DNA of 64,000 nt from Bacteriovoracaceae bacterium (GCA_048270185.1 JBLWTJ010000002.1:128001-192000); one strand, 5' to 3'. Numbered from the stretch's first letter, positions 38,711-49,604 are shown. Numbers and translations: made by a program. The notes: generated by a model from the sequence alone, not told the origin.

Positions 38711-39862
38711 TTGAAGCTTAAATTAAACCTAAAATCATTCCTACTTATTTCATCATTAATGGCCCAGACTGTTGTATTCAGTCAAAATGCTGGCCAAAAA
38801 ATTTCATTTGATCAATTAAGACAACGTGTATTCAAAAAAGAATATCAAAAAGAGACAACATCAACAGATGTACTACACTCTCGTTTTGCTAGTTGGGGAA
38901 TTCAAAATTCATTTGATAAAGGTTCAATTAATCTTCCAGGTGCACTAAAGAAACTTAAGGCACAAAGAGAAGTTGTAGTTGCTGTTATTGATACAGGAAT
39001 CGATCCAACTCACCCATTCCTTAAGCACAATATCTACGTTCCAAAAGGACAAGTAAGCTTAACTAACTACGGTGTTGATTTTTCAAAAGGTGCAGAAAGT
39101 GTAACAGCTCCAATCGATAAGAACCGTCACGGAACTCACGTTTCAGGAATCATCAAGTCAGTATTCCCACAAGTAAAAATTCTTCCACTTAAGTATTACA
39201 ATCGTCATGCTTCAGGAAAAGATAACCTAAACTCAACAATCAAGGCACTACGTTATGCAGTTGATCTTGGTGTTGATATCATTAACTACTCAGGTGGTGG
39301 ACCAGAGCCAGACTTAGAAGAACTAGAAATTCTAAAGAAAGCAGAAAGAAAAGGAATCATCGTTGTTGCAGCAGCAGGTAACGAGCAAGAAAATATCGAT
39401 AACAAGAGCACTGCTTACTTTCCAGCAAGCTACAAGTTATCAAATATCATTACAGTAACTGCACACAACCAGTCACTGAATATCCTTAACTCTTCAAACT
39501 GGGGAGCTCAGACTGTTGATGTTTCTGCTCCAGGATACAAGATCAACTCAGCAGTACCTACTGCAAGAAATGGTCTTCTAACAGGAACTTCACAAGCGAC
39601 AGCGTTTGTTTCTGGTGTAGCGGCAATGCTAAAAGCTGGATACCCAGGGCTAACAGCACCTCAAATTAAGAAGATCATTTCAACAACTGCTAAGAAAGAA
39701 ATTACATTTAACGGAAAAGTTAAGTCTTCAGGAAGATTAGATGCAACAGCAGCAATTAACCTAGCTGAGAGATTAAACACAAGAACAAACGGACAACTTG
39801 CTAAGCATAGAGGAAGCAAGAGAGAAGTAGCAAATACTCCAAAAGTAATTATCAGAAAATAA
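38711..39862 (+). CDS. secreted S8 (subtilisin-like) serine protease
   Basis: Triad VIDTG / HGTHV / GTSQA, AAGN oxyanion; TTG start behind AAGGAG. Confidence 0.93.
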   Translation: MKLKLNLKSFLLISSLMAQTVVFSQNAGQKISFDQLRQRVFKKEYQKETTSTDVLHSRFASWGIQNSFDKGSINLPGALKKLKAQREVVVAVIDTGIDPTHPFLKHNIYVPKGQVSLTNYGVDFSKGAESVTAPIDKNRHGTHVSGIIKSVFPQVKILPLKYYNRHASGKDNLNSTIKALRYAVDLGVDIINYSGGGPEPDLEELEILKKAERKGIIVVAAAGNEQENIDNKSTAYFPASYKLSNIITVTAHNQSLNILNSSNWGAQTVDVSAPGYKINSAVPTARNGLLTGTSQATAFVSGVAAMLKAGYPGLTAPQIKKIISTTAKKEITFNGKVKSSGRLDATAAINLAERLNTRTNGQLAKHRGSKREVANTPKVIIRK

Positions 39863-40525
39863 TTAGATGGCCCTTAAATAGGACGTAAGCGCAAGGGTCA
39901 CTCCTAAAAAAATCACCACAAACATCAGAACGTACAGCAGATTAGATACCTTTAAAAATCCCATCATTTTATAATTAAAGAAATTTTCAACAGGATTATT
40001 CTGGGCCTCAATACGTGTATTAGAAATAGCCTCTTTCATACGTTCATAAAGAGTTGACTCATCAATTCCCTTTTCAGTATATGAGCGCCAAATCTCCTTT
40101 TCACTGACTCCAGAGTTCATCATTTCAACAACGATGTCTGTCAGTTCTTGTAGATACAATGGTCTAAGCTTATCGCCTTTAGACTCATCACTATAGAAGT
40201 AATCGAGAAGATTATTGTAACGGCGACGAACCTTAATCATGAATTTTTTAAACTTCACATCACCTTGAAAGATTTTAGGATTTTCCATTTCAAGTTCACT
40301 TAGAGTCTGCCAGTACTTTTCCCTAAAAGTATAGAAACTCTTCTCCCCTAATGGTTCACCTAATGGATTAAAAGATAAATCAAAACCACACGACCCACAA
40401 CGATCATTTTCAACTTCAGTGCTTTCACATTTTGGACATGCAATATAGTGCACATCCTGTGCATTTTGATCTTCCATGAAGAGATGTTGATGTTTTTGTA
40501 TATCTTTTAAGAATTCCGTATCCAT
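39863..40525 (-). CDS. hypothetical protein with Zn-ribbon and C-terminal TM
   Basis: CPKC..CGSC; hydrophobic C-terminus. Confidence 0.7.
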   Translation of the reverse strand: MDTEFLKDIQKHQHLFMEDQNAQDVHYIACPKCESTEVENDRCGSCGFDLSFNPLGEPLGEKSFYTFREKYWQTLSELEMENPKIFQGDVKFKKFMIKVRRRYNNLLDYFYSDESKGDKLRPLYLQELTDIVVEMMNSGVSEKEIWRSYTEKGIDESTLYERMKEAISNTRIEAQNNPVENFFNYKMMGFLKVSNLLYVLMFVVIFLGVTLALTSYLRAI

Positions 40526-40588
40526 AAGAATATTGTAATTTCATTAGCTTAGTATTGGCAAATACTAAATCATATTAGACAATGGAGT

Positions 40589-42049
40589 ATGCCTAAAATG
40601 CTTATATCAAAATTTAGATTACCGCTTCTGCATATTCTTGCGGGAGTTATCTACGCTTTAAATTTTCCTTTCATTGGGCAGTTTACAATTTTTCCATCAA
40701 TCTTTCTTAGTGCGGCCGTTTTATTCTACGGTTTAGAAAAAGAGAATCGCTTCAAGTTTAATCTACTTAATATTTTTCTCTTTTGCTGGGGCTACAACCT
40801 TGCCGGTTATTATTGGCTGACATTTACCTTAAATGATTTTGGAGGACTTTTCTTTCCTCTTAATTTTATTGTGTGGCAAATCTTTTCCATTTTCATTGCT
40901 CCACAATTCTATGTTTTTCTTGTGATTTACTTTTTTCTTAAAAAGAAAATTAAATTAAATTCGTTCATTGGAGGCGTTCTTTACAGCGCAATTTTTGTAC
41001 TACTTGAGTATATTGTTCCTCAACAATTCCCTGCTCAGTTTGGTCACACATGGCTTAAGGTTGCCCCTTACTTAAAACCGGCACAATACATGGGAGTTCC
41101 TTTCTATAGCTTCCTAACTCTCCTTATCGGATTTGTTATTTACCGTTCTTTTAGTACGAAGAAGTTACCAAAATTTGAAGCGGTCATTGCGGTAGTCCTT
41201 ATTATTTTCAACTTTTCGATGGGTGCTATCAAAAGTGATATTGGCAATGATCTCAAAATCAGAATGGTTCAAGGTAATATCGGAAATGATTTGAAACTTA
41301 AGTCTGAGCAAGGAGTAAAGCTTGCTTCTTCAGAAGTTGTAAATATCTACAAAGAGTTAAGCCTTAGAGATGGTATTGAAGATATTGATCTCGTGATTTG
41401 GCCCGAGACTTCTTATCCTAGATTCCTCTTTACTAAGAAGTACCAAAAACTTCCGGCCGAATTAAGTGGTCTCTTTAATGGAAGTAAAGAAAAAGATACT
41501 CATTTCTTTATTGGAACTTATGATCTTGCCACGAGTGATCTTGACGTTGTTGAGAATACTTATAATGCAACTGCATTAGCTAATTCAAATGGTGATATCG
41601 AGCAGGTCTATCACAAGCAAGTTCTTATTCCATTCGGCGAAGGACTCCCCTTTGGAAGTCTCAATCAATATATCGCTCCTTACTTAAAGAGTGTTTCTCT
41701 CTTTGCTAAGGGAGAGAAGTTCACAAACTTTAAAGTTAAAAATAGGAGTTTTATTTCACTTATTTGTTATGAAGTTCTCTTTCCACGCTATGTCTCCGAA
41801 TATATCAATGATGTAGAAAAGCGCGGTGAAAAAGTTGATTTCATTGTTAATGTAACAAATGACTCTTGGTATGGGCCTTACTCAGAACAAGAGCAACATC
41901 TCTTTCTAGCAAAATGGCGAGCAATTGAATTTGGAATTCCTCTTGTGCGAGCAACAAACACAGGAATCTCAGTTATCGTTAGACCTGATGGCTCAGAGAT
42001 AAAAAGAAGTGGAAATTTCACACAAGAGATCTTAGATTTTGCTCTCTAA
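40589..42049 (+). CDS. lnt: apolipoprotein N-acyltransferase
   Basis: VQGNI, IWPETS, YHKQVLIPFGE, ICYE, NVTNDSWY, RATNTGIS. Confidence 0.95.
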   Translation: MPKMLISKFRLPLLHILAGVIYALNFPFIGQFTIFPSIFLSAAVLFYGLEKENRFKFNLLNIFLFCWGYNLAGYYWLTFTLNDFGGLFFPLNFIVWQIFSIFIAPQFYVFLVIYFFLKKKIKLNSFIGGVLYSAIFVLLEYIVPQQFPAQFGHTWLKVAPYLKPAQYMGVPFYSFLTLLIGFVIYRSFSTKKLPKFEAVIAVVLIIFNFSMGAIKSDIGNDLKIRMVQGNIGNDLKLKSEQGVKLASSEVVNIYKELSLRDGIEDIDLVIWPETSYPRFLFTKKYQKLPAELSGLFNGSKEKDTHFFIGTYDLATSDLDVVENTYNATALANSNGDIEQVYHKQVLIPFGEGLPFGSLNQYIAPYLKSVSLFAKGEKFTNFKVKNRSFISLICYEVLFPRYVSEYINDVEKRGEKVDFIVNVTNDSWYGPYSEQEQHLFLAKWRAIEFGIPLVRATNTGISVIVRPDGSEIKRSGNFTQEILDFAL

Positions 42050-43012
42050 TTAAAAGCCTTCTTTTAAAAGATCGTGCATACGAATAAAGCCTTTAAAACT
42101 ATCTTCATCCACAACAGGAAGAACATAGACCTTATTTTCCATAACCTTCAATGCATCGATTGCAAGTTCAAATGGTGCAATCATCTTTGGATTCTTTGTC
42201 ATAATCTCAGATAGAGGTTTTTCGAGTGCATTAGTGTCGGCAGCGATTGAGCGGCGAATATCACCTTCAACTAAGATACCTTCAAGCTTATCACCATCAA
42301 GAATTGCAAGAGCACCAAGTGGCTTATTAGTCATTGCAAGAACTGCATCTTTTAATAATTTATCTTTTGAAAGACTTGGACAATCGGAAGCGGCCCACAT
42401 TAAGTCTTGTACTTTCATTGTAAGGGACTTACCAAGCTTTCCACCTGGGTGGTTGATGGCAAAGCCTTCTCTTGATAGGCCAACAAATTTTTCGTATGCA
42501 ACAGCAATAGCGTCCCCCATGGCAAGAGCAACTGTTGAAGATGTTGTTGGAGCAAGGTCATTAATACAAGCTTCTCTTTCAACTGAGCAATCAAAAGCAA
42601 TTCCAGACTCGTTTGCAATGGCCTTTGTCATATCACCAACAAGAGCAATACGATTTTCTTTTTTGATTCTTAGAAATGGAAGAAGTTTAATTATCTCTGA
42701 AGTCGTTCCTGATTTTGAAAGAAATATGATGGCATCGTTTTCACTTGTGCGACCGAGATCACCGTGAAGTGCTTCTGTCGGATGTAGAAAAATTGAACGG
42801 AGACCTAGAGATGAAAAAGTAGAAGAAAGTTTTTCACCGATTAATCCTGATTTACCAACTCCACAAAGTACCATCTGACCATTATGAGTATGAAGGTATT
42901 CAAATACTCCAGTGAGCTTATTGCACATTTCTTCGTCTAGTAAACCAATAACTCGGTTGATCGAATCTGCTTCTAGTTTTAAAACTTCTTTCATTTGACT
43001 AAAATGGTCCAT
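42050..43012 (-). CDS. kdsD: arabinose-5-phosphate isomerase (KpsF/GutQ, SIS+CBS)
   Basis: GVGKSG, HPTEALHGDLG, LAPTTSS, HPGGKLG, CBS pair. Confidence 0.93.
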   Translation of the reverse strand: MDHFSQMKEVLKLEADSINRVIGLLDEEMCNKLTGVFEYLHTHNGQMVLCGVGKSGLIGEKLSSTFSSLGLRSIFLHPTEALHGDLGRTSENDAIIFLSKSGTTSEIIKLLPFLRIKKENRIALVGDMTKAIANESGIAFDCSVEREACINDLAPTTSSTVALAMGDAIAVAYEKFVGLSREGFAINHPGGKLGKSLTMKVQDLMWAASDCPSLSKDKLLKDAVLAMTNKPLGALAILDGDKLEGILVEGDIRRSIAADTNALEKPLSEIMTKNPKMIAPFELAIDALKVMENKVYVLPVVDEDSFKGFIRMHDLLKEGF

Positions 43013-43078
43013 TATAACCTCGAAATATGTGCAAAATTTCTTTCTCGATAGAGTGTATGACTATGTTATTATAAATAT

Positions 43079-43597
43079 ATGAAAATGTTAAAAATAATCA
43101 TCTTATTTTCTCTACTTTTTAGTTGTAGTTCGTATGAACAATTTGAGCAATTAGTCGAGGAATCTGAAATTCCAGCAAAAACCTATAAATCAAATTTTAA
43201 CCAAACGTGGCAGGCCGTTCTTGAGATCATGCAACAATATGATATTTCAGTAAAGAATCAAGAAGCTGGAGTTGTTAAAACGCGCTGGATTAATAATACC
43301 AATCAAATCAATTTCTCTGATGCCTTTGGATCAAAAGAAATGGTAAAAGCAGCTCAATTTAAATTAGTTATCAATGTAATTAAGGGATTTCGCGGAAAAC
43401 AGGAAGTTTCTAAAGTATCAATTTACCGAAGACAGATGATTGAAAAAGACTTCCTTCAGGGTTGGCGAGTTGTTCGCTCAGATGGAATCTTAGAAAAAAC
43501 AATCCTCTATCGAATTGAGCGAATTCTTAAACGTGAAAATATGATTAAGAAAATCGAAGAGCAAAAAGCGAAAGAAGCGGAGAAAGAGTTATTCTAG
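43079..43597 (+). CDS. hypothetical lipoprotein (BamC-like fold possible)
   Basis: Lipobox LFSC; TWQAVL....GVVKTRW pattern. Confidence 0.65.
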   Translation: MKMLKIIILFSLLFSCSSYEQFEQLVEESEIPAKTYKSNFNQTWQAVLEIMQQYDISVKNQEAGVVKTRWINNTNQINFSDAFGSKEMVKAAQFKLVINVIKGFRGKQEVSKVSIYRRQMIEKDFLQGWRVVRSDGILEKTILYRIERILKRENMIKKIEEQKAKEAEKELF

Positions 43598-46500
43598 TGA
43601 ATAACGCTTTCTTCCTCTAAGTCTTTTGATACGATTATCATTTCTTCTTCAATAACTTCACTATCTTCAACAACTTCAGATCTTCTTAAAATCTTACGAC
43701 TAAAGAAAACCATAAAGTCTCTTTGAATAAGAAGCATACATGGAAGTACAACTAGTGTTAGAGCTGTTGCAAATAGAAGCCCCCACCCCATACTCATGGC
43801 AAGTGACTTTGTAAATCCAGCATCTCCACCAATAGCGTAGGCCATTGGAAAAACACCACCAAGAGTTGTAATACTTGTTAAAATAATTGCTCTTAGGCGA
43901 CTTGCCGCTCCTTCAATTATTTCAGGACGGTGAAAACTAAACCAATCCTTTCTTCTTTCATTAATAGTAACAACTAGAAGTAAACTATCATTTACAACAA
44001 CTCCGGCCATCCCAATTATTCCTATAATGGCCATTAGACTGATATCGAGTCCTTGGAAGTAGAACGCCCAAATAACTCCAATGACACCAAATGGAATAGC
44101 TGCACAGATTAGAATTGGCTGCATCACACTTCTTAGAACAACAGCAAGTACGAAGAAAATACCAAGTAGCGCAAAGGCAAACTTCTTGGCCATGGAAGTC
44201 TTATTCTTTCGAGACTGCTCATCTGCATCTTGAGCATTAAAAGTTAAATCAGGATACTTCTTTGAAAGCTCCTCAGATATTTTCTCGACTTTCTTAATTA
44301 GTTCTTCTTTCTTAATAACTTCTTTATCAAATGGTAGATCAACAACAACACGTCTCATGAGATTTGAGTGTTTTATTGTTGATTGACGCTTTTCTTTTAC
44401 CCAATCACCTATTTGACCTGTTTTAATTTTATTACCGTTGGCCAGTACAATCGGAAGATTGACTAAATCATTAAACTCAAGATTTTCACCATCTTCAACA
44501 TAAGTGTAGAACTTAATTTTACGACTCCCAACAGTGTACTCATAAACTTCATTCTTCTTAATATATTGAACAAGCTGATTTGAAACTTGTGCCATCGTAA
44601 GACCGTGAGATTGAATCGCATCCTTTCTAGGAACAAATACCCATGCATCTTTAAATAATGAGTCATCAAGGTCAACAGATTTGATTCCTTTAATATTTAA
44701 ATCTTCAATTGTCTTCTTCGTATCTTTTGTCACTTTTTCAACATTAAACGGAGAAAGAGAACGAATTGTCACTTCCACAAGGTTTTCACGATTTTCATCA
44801 TTACCACCCTTTGCAACCTTAACCTCAAGACGTTCAAAGAGGTCAGTCTTTTTTAATTCTTCTAATTTTTCATTTAAGTAATCTTGAACTTCTTTCTTAT
44901 TAACCTCTACATTATCATCTAGTTGAGAGAATGAAATTCTGTAAGAAAAGTACTGCGGACCAGTTTGTTCTTTACCATTTGTATAATTTTGGCCAATCGT
45001 AAATTGATAATTCTTATATTTTGACTTATCAATTCCATTAACAATTTCTTCAACGCCTGCTAGCTTAGCATAAGTATCCTCTAGGCCCTTTGACTCTTTA
45101 AGTTCTCCGATAAACTTCACAGACTCAGCAGAAATATTTAAGTTAAAGTTGAAATTCATTTTCTTACTTGCAAAGATAAGTGAGCCAACCATAATCACGA
45201 CAAAAGAAGCAAGAACGATATAGCGAAACTTAAGAATAATATCTAACAGTTTCATGTAGCCTCTTTTAAAGCGTTGAAAGTAATTTGATTCGTGGTGTGA
45301 ATCAGTTTTCTTTACAAAGTGCTGTAAGTGATTTGGAAGAATAAAGAAACTTTCAAATAGACTTAACAGTAGTGCAGCAAAGACAACAACAGGTATGGCC
45401 ATCAGGATACTCGACATTGAGTCACGGCCAACAAGAATTGGAGTGAAAGCAATGAGAGTTGTGGCCACTGTTCCACAAATTGGTTTCCAAGTCGCAAGAA
45501 CTGCTTGTAAAGCTGACTCTCGCGGAGTCAATCCTGCTTCAAGATTTTGCATATATTGTTCAGAAATAATAATGGCATCATCAACAAGTATTCCGATAAC
45601 AAGAAGCATCCCGACAACAGATATTAAATCAATTGAAATTCCAAATCCTTCAAGAACCGTGAATGTAAAGAAGTACGCTAGAGGCATCCCAAATGAAGTC
45701 ATAAGAGATGCTTTAAAGCCTAGAAATAGAAATAATGTGATAAGAACAAGTGCTATTCCCATTAAGGCATTTGATTTTAAAGCATTGATCTGACGCTCAA
45801 TAAATGCCGGACCATCTTCAACACTTAGGATTTCAATACCTTCAGGAGTCTTTGCATTCAGTTCGACCACTTGCTTTTCAAGAACTTCTTTTAAATGGAT
45901 TGAATCAGCTTCATTATCTTTAAATACATTAAAGCCAATAGACTTCTTACCATTCGTATAAGAAATAGTTGTCTGCTTAGGAAGGCGAAGCTCAACTGTA
46001 GCAATATCTTTTAACCTTAGAGTATGACTAGAATTATTTGAACGAATTAGAATATTCTTTAGAGCTTCAATATCATAAGTATGGTTTTCAACTTCAACAG
46101 AAAATGTGTCGCTTCCCTTTGTGATACTACCTAGAGGATAGATTTTAAAAGTATCAGTGATTTTTGAATAAATATCATAAGGTGCAATACGGTAGCGTGC
46201 TAATTTCTCTTCATCTAATTTGATATAGAGATTTTTAACAGCATTATAAGTATCAACCTGGGCCACTCCATTAATGCGCTCAAGAACTTCCTTGGCCCTT
46301 AGCATCCAACTTTGATGCTCGTCATTACTTTCTTCAAAATTTAATACAGCGTAATAATTAAACCAAGACTGCGTTTGTTTAATGTGACGAACAACAATAT
46401 CATCAGTTTCGCTTGGTAGGTCCCCACGTATATTTTCAATCTGATCCTTCATGCTTGATACTAAATCTGCTATTTCATCAAATTCATCTTTCAGATCAAC

Positions 46501-46779
46501 ATCAATTCTCATATATCCTTGTTGAGAGCGAGAGCGAATCTTATCAATTCCAGCATTCCCCTTAATGGCACGCTCAACAGGGTAAGTCAGAAAACGCTCA
46601 ACCTGAGCCGGTCCTGCCCCTGTTAGCGATGCGGTGATTTGAATTCTCTTTGAACTCCAACCAGAGATGAGGTCTCTTTTCATGTGTGATAGTGAAATGA
46701 TCCCAAAGATGATCATCATGACACTTAACATGTTTACGAGAAAACTATTGTCGATAAAGTAACTAGCAAGCTTCTTCAA
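43594..46779 (-). CDS. RND efflux permease (AcrB/AcrD/AcrF family)
   Basis: GILVDDAIII, ESFFILP, GVVVNDS, RLRAIILTSITTLGG. Confidence 0.93.
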   Translation of the reverse strand: MKKLASYFIDNSFLVNMLSVMMIIFGIISLSHMKRDLISGWSSKRIQITASLTGAGPAQVERFLTYPVERAIKGNAGIDKIRSRSQQGYMRIDVDLKDEFDEIADLVSSMKDQIENIRGDLPSETDDIVVRHIKQTQSWFNYYAVLNFEESNDEHQSWMLRAKEVLERINGVAQVDTYNAVKNLYIKLDEEKLARYRIAPYDIYSKITDTFKIYPLGSITKGSDTFSVEVENHTYDIEALKNILIRSNNSSHTLRLKDIATVELRLPKQTTISYTNGKKSIGFNVFKDNEADSIHLKEVLEKQVVELNAKTPEGIEILSVEDGPAFIERQINALKSNALMGIALVLITLFLFLGFKASLMTSFGMPLAYFFTFTVLEGFGISIDLISVVGMLLVIGILVDDAIIISEQYMQNLEAGLTPRESALQAVLATWKPICGTVATTLIAFTPILVGRDSMSSILMAIPVVVFAALLLSLFESFFILPNHLQHFVKKTDSHHESNYFQRFKRGYMKLLDIILKFRYIVLASFVVIMVGSLIFASKKMNFNFNLNISAESVKFIGELKESKGLEDTYAKLAGVEEIVNGIDKSKYKNYQFTIGQNYTNGKEQTGPQYFSYRISFSQLDDNVEVNKKEVQDYLNEKLEELKKTDLFERLEVKVAKGGNDENRENLVEVTIRSLSPFNVEKVTKDTKKTIEDLNIKGIKSVDLDDSLFKDAWVFVPRKDAIQSHGLTMAQVSNQLVQYIKKNEVYEYTVGSRKIKFYTYVEDGENLEFNDLVNLPIVLANGNKIKTGQIGDWVKEKRQSTIKHSNLMRRVVVDLPFDKEVIKKEELIKKVEKISEELSKKYPDLTFNAQDADEQSRKNKTSMAKKFAFALLGIFFVLAVVLRSVMQPILICAAIPFGVIGVIWAFYFQGLDISLMAIIGIIGMAGVVVNDSLLLVVTINERRKDWFSFHRPEIIEGAASRLRAIILTSITTLGGVFPMAYAIGGDAGFTKSLAMSMGWGLLFATALTLVVLPCMLLIQRDFMVFFSRKILRRSEVVEDSEVIEEEMIIVSKDLEEESVIH

Positions 46780-46897
46780 AACTACGGTCCTTATTTATTA
46801 ATTTGAAAACAGTAGCTTATATCACTAGAAACTTAAATTATTGAATACTTTGGTACTTACCTGTTGAATTTACACGAGATAAGTACCTAGAATTGCG

Positions 46898-47692
46898 TTA
46901 GTACGCCATGATGTAAGTCACCCATGACTCACAATTTTCTTCTTTTGTTGAACGGTAGAAGACACCATCTCCTGAGCCATCTTCATCTTCACCTTCCCAA
47001 AAAGTGATGATATTTTCGAAACCTGCATCTTTCATAATATCTTTAATCTCACCTACCGACCAATGTCTCCAGTTATAAGAGAAGGCTTCACGATATAATT
47101 TATCATCGTGGTGAGTTCTGAAGTGGATATAGTATTGAACTTCTTCTGTTAATGGATTGTAGCTATCGCAATCCCAGTAGTAAGTATGATCGTCGTGTTC
47201 AGTCTCTTCCTCTAATTCTTGGCGACATTCTTCTCCACCAAAAATATCAACCATGAAGACACCTTCTTTACCCATATTCTCTTTTACTTTTTTAAAATAC
47301 TCTAGAAGAACATTTCTTTCTTTAAAGATGAAGTATGAGAAGTTAAAAGCAACAGTTACATCGGCCTTGAAATCGTAATTATCTAGAACGTTTCCACGGA
47401 TATAGTGCATACGAGTTTTTTCTTCATCATTTAAGCGAGAGTAGTGATTTTCGATTCCGTATGCTTGTGGTTCTTCATCAAGGTCAATCCCCCATGCTTC
47501 ACGCTCAGGTCCTTCTTTAACCCAGTCACATGCCATGGCAGCAGTTCCACCGAAATCTTCACGAAGAGTTCTAGGTTTACGGCCAAAAATCTTCTTGTAT
47601 TCCTTATTAATAAATTCAATATCTGCTTCGTGGTTTTGAACAGACTTTTCATAAAGTTCATACTTTAGCTTCGTTGGAATCTTAGACATCAA
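46898..47692 (-). CDS. class I SAM-dependent methyltransferase-like protein
   Basis: LREDFGGTA, GIDLD, AFNFSY, EAFSYNWRHWS. Confidence 0.8.
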   Translation of the reverse strand: MMSKIPTKLKYELYEKSVQNHEADIEFINKEYKKIFGRKPRTLREDFGGTAAMACDWVKEGPEREAWGIDLDEEPQAYGIENHYSRLNDEEKTRMHYIRGNVLDNYDFKADVTVAFNFSYFIFKERNVLLEYFKKVKENMGKEGVFMVDIFGGEECRQELEEETEHDDHTYYWDCDSYNPLTEEVQYYIHFRTHHDDKLYREAFSYNWRHWSVGEIKDIMKDAGFENIITFWEGEDEDGSGDGVFYRSTKEENCESWVTYIMAY

Positions 47693-47717
47693 TTACTCTT
47701 TTGTTATTTATATTATT

Positions 47718-48092
47718 TTATTTATAAGACTTAACTTCTTTAATCCCAGAATTGTAACTCATATTGATTGAATTTTTAACCTTAAATCTCAAATCATTTG
47801 TCACATAAACGCTACGGGCCAGTGCGATAAAATCATCACCAAAATCTTGGGCCTTTTCGAGGAGACGAATATCATCTTCTATAACCCATAATTTCTCATT
47901 AATCTTTTTAAGCTCGCCCTGAAAGCTCTCGATTCCATCAAGCTTTAAGGAATCAAGCTTTGCTTTGAGATGCTCAAATTCACTGCGTGCTAATTCAACA
48001 CGAGCTTGATCCTCAATTCTCTCCATCTTTATTTCTAGAATTGTAATCTTATCAACTAGCTCTCCTAGAGAGACAGGACATTCAATGATCAT
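47718..48092 (-). CDS. DUF6165-like protein
   Basis: PVSLGELVDKITILEIK, INEKLWVIEDDIR, ARSVYVTNDLR; start ATG 48092. Confidence 0.8.
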   Translation of the reverse strand: MIIECPVSLGELVDKITILEIKMERIEDQARVELARSEFEHLKAKLDSLKLDGIESFQGELKKINEKLWVIEDDIRLLEKAQDFGDDFIALARSVYVTNDLRFKVKNSINMSYNSGIKEVKSYK

Positions 48093-48093
48093 T

Positions 48094-48585
48094 TCACACC
48101 TCGATATCAATATATTTAATTTTTAAAATCGTATACTCAAAATCATCATTTGGGGCCTGAACAATAATTTCATCTCCCTCTTCTTTTCCAAGAAGCGATC
48201 TGGCCACTGGAGACTTCCAACTAATAAGGCCACGGGAAGTATTCACTTCATCAACACCAACGATGGAGTAAGTTTTCTCCATCCCCTCTTCATCTTCTAA
48301 GATGACTGTCGCTCCAAATTGGACTTTATCGCTTGTAATACTGCTGGGATCAATAATTTGAGCAGCATTAATACGGGTATTTAGAAAGCGAAGTCTTCGA
48401 TCAATTTCTCGCATTCGCTTCTTTCCGTATTGATAGTCTGCATTCTCTGAGCGGTCTCCAAGGGAAGCGGCCCACTTAACTGTTTCAGTAATTTCAGGGC
48501 GCTCAACTTTTGTTAGATGCTCATGCTCATCGACTAATTTCTGATAGCCTTTGGGCGTTATATAATTATCTTTTTTAATGGCCAT
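48094..48585 (-). CDS. greB: transcription elongation factor GreB
   Basis: WAASLGDRSENADYQYGKKRMREIDRRLRFL, ISWKSPVARSL. Confidence 0.95.
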   Translation of the reverse strand: MAIKKDNYITPKGYQKLVDEHEHLTKVERPEITETVKWAASLGDRSENADYQYGKKRMREIDRRLRFLNTRINAAQIIDPSSITSDKVQFGATVILEDEEGMEKTYSIVGVDEVNTSRGLISWKSPVARSLLGKEEGDEIIVQAPNDDFEYTILKIKYIDIEV

Positions 48586-49042
48586 ACTTCTTTAAAATCC
48601 CTGCGACACCATTTTCAACGATATCTAAAACCTCTTCAAATCCTCTGGCTCCACCATAGTATGGATCAGGTACTTCTTCTAGGCTTGCATATTCAGCTGA
48701 ACAATAGTCACAAAATAATTCAACTTTAGTGCGGTACTTACCTGCAGGATCAAGTTTTAAGATATTCTTATAATTAGATTTATCCATGGCAAGAATCAAA
48801 TCAAAGTTTTCAAAGTCAGAAGCTCTAAAACCTCGAGAAATACTCGAAAGTAGATAACCACGACGAAAAGCATGTTCACGCATTCTCTTATCCGCAGGCT
48901 CTCCAGCATGGTAGGCACTTGTCCCCGCAGAGTCGACAATGAATTGATCTTCAAGGTTCTTCTCTTTAATAATATGTGCAAGTACACCATCCGCGGCAGG
49001 TGAACGACATATATTTCCAAGACAAACAAATAAGATTCTCAT
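48575..49042 (-). CDS. low-molecular-weight protein-tyrosine phosphatase
   Basis: MRILFVCLGNICRS, DSAGT, VPDPYYGG; start ATG 49042. Confidence 0.95.
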   Translation of the reverse strand: MRILFVCLGNICRSPAADGVLAHIIKEKNLEDQFIVDSAGTSAYHAGEPADKRMREHAFRRGYLLSSISRGFRASDFENFDLILAMDKSNYKNILKLDPAGKYRTKVELFCDYCSAEYASLEEVPDPYYGGARGFEEVLDIVENGVAGILKKYGH

Positions 49043-49091
49043 AGTAAAATTATGATAGAATCGAGAGTGAAAGTAAATTAAAGGATTTATA

Positions 49092-49604
49092 ATGACGGCA
49101 CAAAGAATTAGAACAATGGGTGATCCCGTATTAAGAGAGATCGCACAGGACTTCACAAAAGAAGAAATCCTAAGTGATGAGACGAAGCAGCTTATTCAAG
49201 ATATGGATGATTCAATGATAGCAGCAGGTGGAATTGGAATTGCGGCTCCACAAATCGGTATTTCAAAGAAAGTGACAATTATCAATGTACCTGAAGAATC
49301 ACGTTATGAGGATGCCGAAGCATCAGGCAGAATGGTTATCTTTAATCCTAAGATAGAATTTCTCACTGAAAATGAAGATGCCTACTGGGAAGGATGCTTA
49401 TCTGTTCCAGGACTTAGAGGAATTGTCTCGCGCCCAAATCATATTCGAGTTAGCTACCTCGATGAAGAGGCCAATGAAGTAGTCATTGAGGCACAAGGTT
49501 TTCTTGCTACTGTTTTTCAACACGAAATCGATCACCTCTATGGGAAACTCTATGTTGACCAAATGGACGATATCAAGAATCTAAAATACGAAGAGAATCT
49601 ATAA
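49092..49604 (+). CDS. def: peptide deformylase
   Basis: GIGIAAPQIG, EGCLSVP, QHEIDHLYG. Confidence 0.97.
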   Translation: MTAQRIRTMGDPVLREIAQDFTKEEILSDETKQLIQDMDDSMIAAGGIGIAAPQIGISKKVTIINVPEESRYEDAEASGRMVIFNPKIEFLTENEDAYWEGCLSVPGLRGIVSRPNHIRVSYLDEEANEVVIEAQGFLATVFQHEIDHLYGKLYVDQMDDIKNLKYEENL

